Source: a virus (Duplodnaviria > Heunggongvirae > Uroviricota > Caudoviricetes). Taken from it: a DNA stretch of 10,902 nucleotides. The stretch lies in IMG/VR virus record IMGVR_UViG_2531839668_000016; one strand, given 5' to 3'. Both the position numbers and the translations under genes were made by a program. This document shows positions 7,675-10,902 of the stretch, one piece after another; position 1 is the stretch's first letter; each line of letters opens with the position of its first letter. The notes under the pieces were generated by a model. The model had not been told where the DNA came from. It saw only the letters and a program-made list of their open reading frames with translations, and did no database searches.

Positions 7675-8735
7675 GTCAGGTTGGTAATCATTCATTCGAA
7701 TTTCCGGCATCGCAAGGTGTACAGGGTGGTACTGTTACACTCTTCCTTACCATACCAGGAAGATCGCTGGCTCGTTTCCTCGCTTCAGATAATTACGGCC
7801 ATACACTGGAACGCTCTCAGCGAGAAATTAATCCAAATCGAGTACGAAAATTTTTAAATTATCTCACTAACGCAGACTCAAGAAATGAGCCTTTTATCAT
7901 TCCCCCTCTCGTAGGTAACTGTGATTCGAATATAGAATTTGTACCGTTTGGCAACACAAATGTTGGTATAGCCAGAATTCCCCTCGACGCCGAAATAAAA
8001 CTTTTTGATGGTCAACATCGTGCAGCTGGCATTGAGATATTTTGCCGAAGTTCCCCATCAACGCTCATGGTTCCCATGATGCTTACAATGAATCTGCCGC
8101 TAAAAACCCGGCAGCAGTTCTTTTCGGACATAAATAACAACGTTTCTAAGCCATCAGCGACCATCAATATGGCGTATAACGGCCGGGATGATATTGCTCA
8201 GGGAATGATATCCTTCCTGACCCAACATACTGTATTTGCCGATATAACCGATTTTGAACACAACGTAGTGCCATTAAAAAGTAATATGTGGGTGAGTTTC
8301 AAGGCACTCACTGATGCAACGTCAAAGTTCGCTAGGAACGGCAATCAACAACTTGAAATGGGATATATAGAATCTGTCTGGGAGGCATGGATTACACTAA
8401 CTCAGATTGACTCAATCCGACATGGTGTACACCACGCTACGTACAAGCGCGATTATATTCAGTTCCATGGAGTAATGATTAACGCTTTCGGTTTTGCGGT
8501 TCAACAGATGATGGTTAATCATTCCATCGCAGAAATAACTTCTATGATCGAAAAACTATGTGCAACTACCAGCTCTGCAGAAAGAGAGGATTTTTTTCTG
8601 ATGGATAACTGGGCGGGGATCTGCACGAAAGCCAGCCAGGAAAAACTATCTGTTATTGCCAATGTGGCAGCGCAGAAAGCAGCAGCAAACAGACTGATAC
8701 AAGCTTTTACCAAAGGAAGTCTGGAAACAACTTAA
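7671..8735 (+). CDS. DGQHR-domain protein (DndB-like, ParB/Srx-like fold)
   Basis: 354 aa with an exact DGQHR motif (KLFDGQHRAAGIE, aa 113-117, nt 8007-8021). SD CAGGAGGA lies upstream, and the gene is translationally coupled to the preceding small ORF. Confidence 0.75.
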   Translation: MSQVGNHSFEFPASQGVQGGTVTLFLTIPGRSLARFLASDNYGHTLERSQREINPNRVRKFLNYLTNADSRNEPFIIPPLVGNCDSNIEFVPFGNTNVGIARIPLDAEIKLFDGQHRAAGIEIFCRSSPSTLMVPMMLTMNLPLKTRQQFFSDINNNVSKPSATINMAYNGRDDIAQGMISFLTQHTVFADITDFEHNVVPLKSNMWVSFKALTDATSKFARNGNQQLEMGYIESVWEAWITLTQIDSIRHGVHHATYKRDYIQFHGVMINAFGFAVQQMMVNHSIAEITSMIEKLCATTSSAEREDFFLMDNWAGICTKASQEKLSVIANVAAQKAAANRLIQAFTKGSLETT

Positions 8736-8812
8736 TGAATCAACATTGTCTCATATCAGCATGCTGTACGGCGTCTTTAAGGAACGGTGAGCATGAAAAA
8801 CAAAATCATCAT

Positions 8813-8833
8813 GGAGCTACAGGCTCCTTTTTT
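8813..8833 (+). terminator. Candidate rho-independent terminator (GGAGC-tacag-GCTCC followed by TTTTTT)
   Basis: 5-bp GC-rich stem and a 6-T run seen directly, downstream of the DGQHR gene. The stem is short, so this is weak. Confidence 0.35.
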
Positions 8834-8888
8834 ATTATTCGCATTCACCCTCAAGCGTATTAACCAACAATTCAGGGATTAATGAAAG

Positions 8889-9107
8889 ATGGCAGACATC
8901 ATTGATTCAGCATCAGAAATTGAAGAATTACAGCGCAACACAGCAATAAAAATGCGCCGCCTGAACCACCAGGCTATATCTGCCACTCATTGTTGTGAGT
9001 GTGGCGATCCGATAGATGAACGAAGACGCCTGGCCGTTCAGGGTTGTCGGACTTGTGCAAGTTGCCAGGAGGAGATCGAACTTAAGAACAAACAATGGGG
9101 ACTGTGA
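8889..9107 (+). CDS. TraR/DksA-family C4 zinc-finger protein (phage-type)
   Basis: 72 aa with CxxC-x17-CxxC (CCECGD...CRTCASC) in a DksA/TraR-like C-terminal arrangement. Such genes are common in lambdoid early-left regions. Confidence 0.7.
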   Translation: MADIIDSASEIEELQRNTAIKMRRLNHQAISATHCCECGDPIDERRRLAVQGCRTCASCQEEIELKNKQWGL

Positions 9108-9154
9108 TGGCTTCAAAGCAGCAAATTTCAACATCGTCCAACTGAGGTGTAAAA

Positions 9155-9394
9155 ATGTTCAGAATCATTTTTCCTAACACCTGGTACGTCGACCACCACG
9201 GCACTCCCTGCAAAATCCTGCGTTCTACCCACAACAAAGTTCACTACATCCGAAAAGGCAGAACATGTATCGCCAGCATGTTCCGCTTTAATCATGACTT
9301 TGAACCTGTGAATAAAGCTGATGCAGATCGGATAGCAGAAGAGATCGAAACGGCAGAACACATTAAGAAGTTACGTGCCATACGCAGGAAATAG
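9155..9394 (+). CDS. Small phage protein of unknown function (early-left region)
   Basis: 79 aa ORF with SD GAGGTG 5 nt upstream of the ATG, lying between the TraR-like gene and xis. Confidence 0.5.
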   Translation: MFRIIFPNTWYVDHHGTPCKILRSTHNKVHYIRKGRTCIASMFRFNHDFEPVNKADADRIAEEIETAEHIKKLRAIRRK

Positions 9395-9533
9395 AAAAAT
9401 TGATAAATTCAATACTGCATTACTCAGCATTAAATTTATCTCTATGACCAGTCAAGAGATGTACCTGCCATGAGCTTAATATCATGTCAGATATATCGGT
9501 CACAAACTCCCTCAGCAGCTAAGAGGAGGACAA

Positions 9534-9770
9534 ATGTCTCGACTAATCACTTTACAGGACTGGGCTAAAGAAGAATTTGGGGACTTAGCACCAAGTGAGC
9601 GAGTTCTGAAAAAATACGCGCAAGGGAAAATGATGGCCCCACCCGCTATAAAAGTTGGTCGCTACTGGATGATTGACCGAAATTCCCGTTTTGTAGGAAC
9701 GCTTGCAGAACCGCAACTCCCAATAAACGCAAACCCAAAACTCCAACGGATAATCGCTGATGGCTGCTAG
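9534..9770 (+). CDS. xis: Excisionase (Xis-like recombination directionality factor)
   Basis: 78 aa with strong SD AAGAGGAGGA. It sits immediately upstream of int and overlaps it by 11 nt. The N-terminal LITLQDWA...PPAIKVGRYW resembles lambda Xis (YLTLQEW...PPPVKDGREY). Confidence 0.65.
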   Translation: MSRLITLQDWAKEEFGDLAPSERVLKKYAQGKMMAPPAIKVGRYWMIDRNSRFVGTLAEPQLPINANPKLQRIIADGC

Positions 9771-10902
9771 ACCCCGATCTCACAAAATCTCTATACCCAA
9801 TTTATATTGCAAATTAGATAAGCGAACCGGAAAGGTATATTGGCAATACAAACATCCACTATCCGGTCGTTTTCATAGCTTAGGAACTGATGAGAATGAA
9901 GCAAAACAAGTTGCTACTGAAGCAAATACCATTATTGCTGAACAACGTACCAGACAAATATTAAGCGTCAATGAGCGTCTGGAAAGAATGAAAGGCAGGC
10001 GCTCAGACATTACGGTGACAGAATGGCTTGATAAATATATTTCTATCCAGGAGGACAGGCTGCAACATAATGAACTAAGACCCAACTCCTATCGGCAAAA
10101 AGGCAAACCCATTCGTCTTTTCCGTGAGCATTGTGGAATGCAACACCTCAAGGATATTACCGCACTTGATATTGCCGAAATAATTGATGCTGTAAAGGCT
10201 GAAGGTCATAACAGGATGGCGCAAGTCGTGAGAATGGTGTTGATCGACGTCTTCAAAGAAGCACAACACGCAGGACATGTTCCGCCAGGATTTAACCCTG
10301 CGCAGGCAACAAAACAACCGCGAAATCGAGTAAACCGCCAAAGATTGTCACTGCTCGAATGGCAGGCAATATTTGAAAGCGTAAGCAGACGGCAGCCCTA
10401 TTTAAAATGCGGCATGCTACTTGCTCTTGTTACTGGACAACGTTTAGGCGATATCTGCAATTTGAAATTCTCTGATATATGGGACGACATGTTGCACATT
10501 ACTCAGGAAAAAACCGGTTCAAAACTTGCTATTCCGCTTAACCTGAAATGCGATGCTCTGAATATTACCCTTCGTGAAGTTATATCTCAGTGCAGGGATG
10601 CTGTTGTTAGTAAATATCTGGTCCATTACCGTCACACTACCTCTCAAGCAAACAGAGGAGACCAGGTTTCTGCAAATACTCTGACAACGGCTTTTAAAAA
10701 GGCCCGGGAAAAATGTGGCATAAAATGGGAGCAAGGAACTGCGCCCACATTTCATGAGCAGCGATCTCTCTCAGAACGGTTATATCGGGAACAGGGTCTG
10801 GATACGCAAAAGTTGTTAGGCCATAAATCCAGAAAAATGACCGACCGATACAATGATGATCGTGGTAAAGACTGGATTATCGTAGATATCAAAACAGCAT
10901 AG
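9760..10902 (+). CDS. int: Lambda-family tyrosine integrase
   Basis: 380 aa. N-terminus MAARPRSHKISIPNLY resembles lambda Int MGRRRSHERRDLPPNLY. C-terminal catalytic region has GQRLGD, HEQRSLSERLY, LGHKS and RYNDDRGKDW, paralleling lambda HELRSLSARLY...LGHKS...YRDDRGREW. Confidence 0.9.
   Translation: MAARPRSHKISIPNLYCKLDKRTGKVYWQYKHPLSGRFHSLGTDENEAKQVATEANTIIAEQRTRQILSVNERLERMKGRRSDITVTEWLDKYISIQEDRLQHNELRPNSYRQKGKPIRLFREHCGMQHLKDITALDIAEIIDAVKAEGHNRMAQVVRMVLIDVFKEAQHAGHVPPGFNPAQATKQPRNRVNRQRLSLLEWQAIFESVSRRQPYLKCGMLLALVTGQRLGDICNLKFSDIWDDMLHITQEKTGSKLAIPLNLKCDALNITLREVISQCRDAVVSKYLVHYRHTTSQANRGDQVSANTLTTAFKKAREKCGIKWEQGTAPTFHEQRSLSERLYREQGLDTQKLLGHKSRKMTDRYNDDRGKDWIIVDIKTA

Larger units (their letters stand above)
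1528..10902. mobile_element. Right arm of a degraded lambdoid (e14-like, icd-integrating) prophage; extends past the window end
   Basis: The icd 3' duplication sits at one end. Lambda-derived tfa, stf, P, O and exo remnants plus xis and int are ordered as in a lambda map. int is transcribed toward the window edge, so the other att and the intact icd should lie beyond 10902. Confidence 0.75.

Noticed and set aside
7199-10755. Minus-strand ORFs 7199-7510, 7393-7710, 8519-8713, 8928-9134, 9128-9361, 9873-10085, 10075-10341 and 10519-10755
   Set aside because: Each is embedded antisense in a plus-strand gene with strong homology or start-signal support (exo, DGQHR, TraR-like, int).
1-10902. CRISPR array or other long tandem-repeat structure
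   Set aside because: No regularly spaced direct repeats of 25-40 bp are visible. The only repeats are the short ones reported above.

Overview
Read by eye, with no database search: this window is the right-hand junction of a heavily degraded lambdoid prophage integrated at the 3' end of icd (the e14-type site), plus the flanking chromosome. Positions 1-1527 look like Escherichia-type chromosome: a ycgX-like DUF1398 gene, a long AT-rich region, iraM, and the native icd terminator. Positions 1528-1692 (minus strand) are a duplicated icd 3' fragment encoding the last 55 residues of isocitrate dehydrogenase, which marks the att core. The prophage side then carries a two-gene McrBC-like cargo module (2428-5492, minus strand) whose McrB-family GTPase has a ~390 aa N-terminal domain I cannot assign to any family. 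Next comes a 'graveyard' of lambda gene fragments: frameshifted tfa, the stf C-terminus, the P N-terminus, the O C-terminus and a 5'-truncated exo. An apparently intact early-left block follows on the plus strand: a small coupled ORF, a DGQHR (DndB-like) protein, a TraR/DksA-type zinc-finger protein, a small phage ORF, xis and a lambda-type int that runs to the window end. The two best candidates for an undescribed system are the McrBC-like module and the DGQHR protein. All family assignments are from motif recognition and recalled sequences and need confirmation by search.
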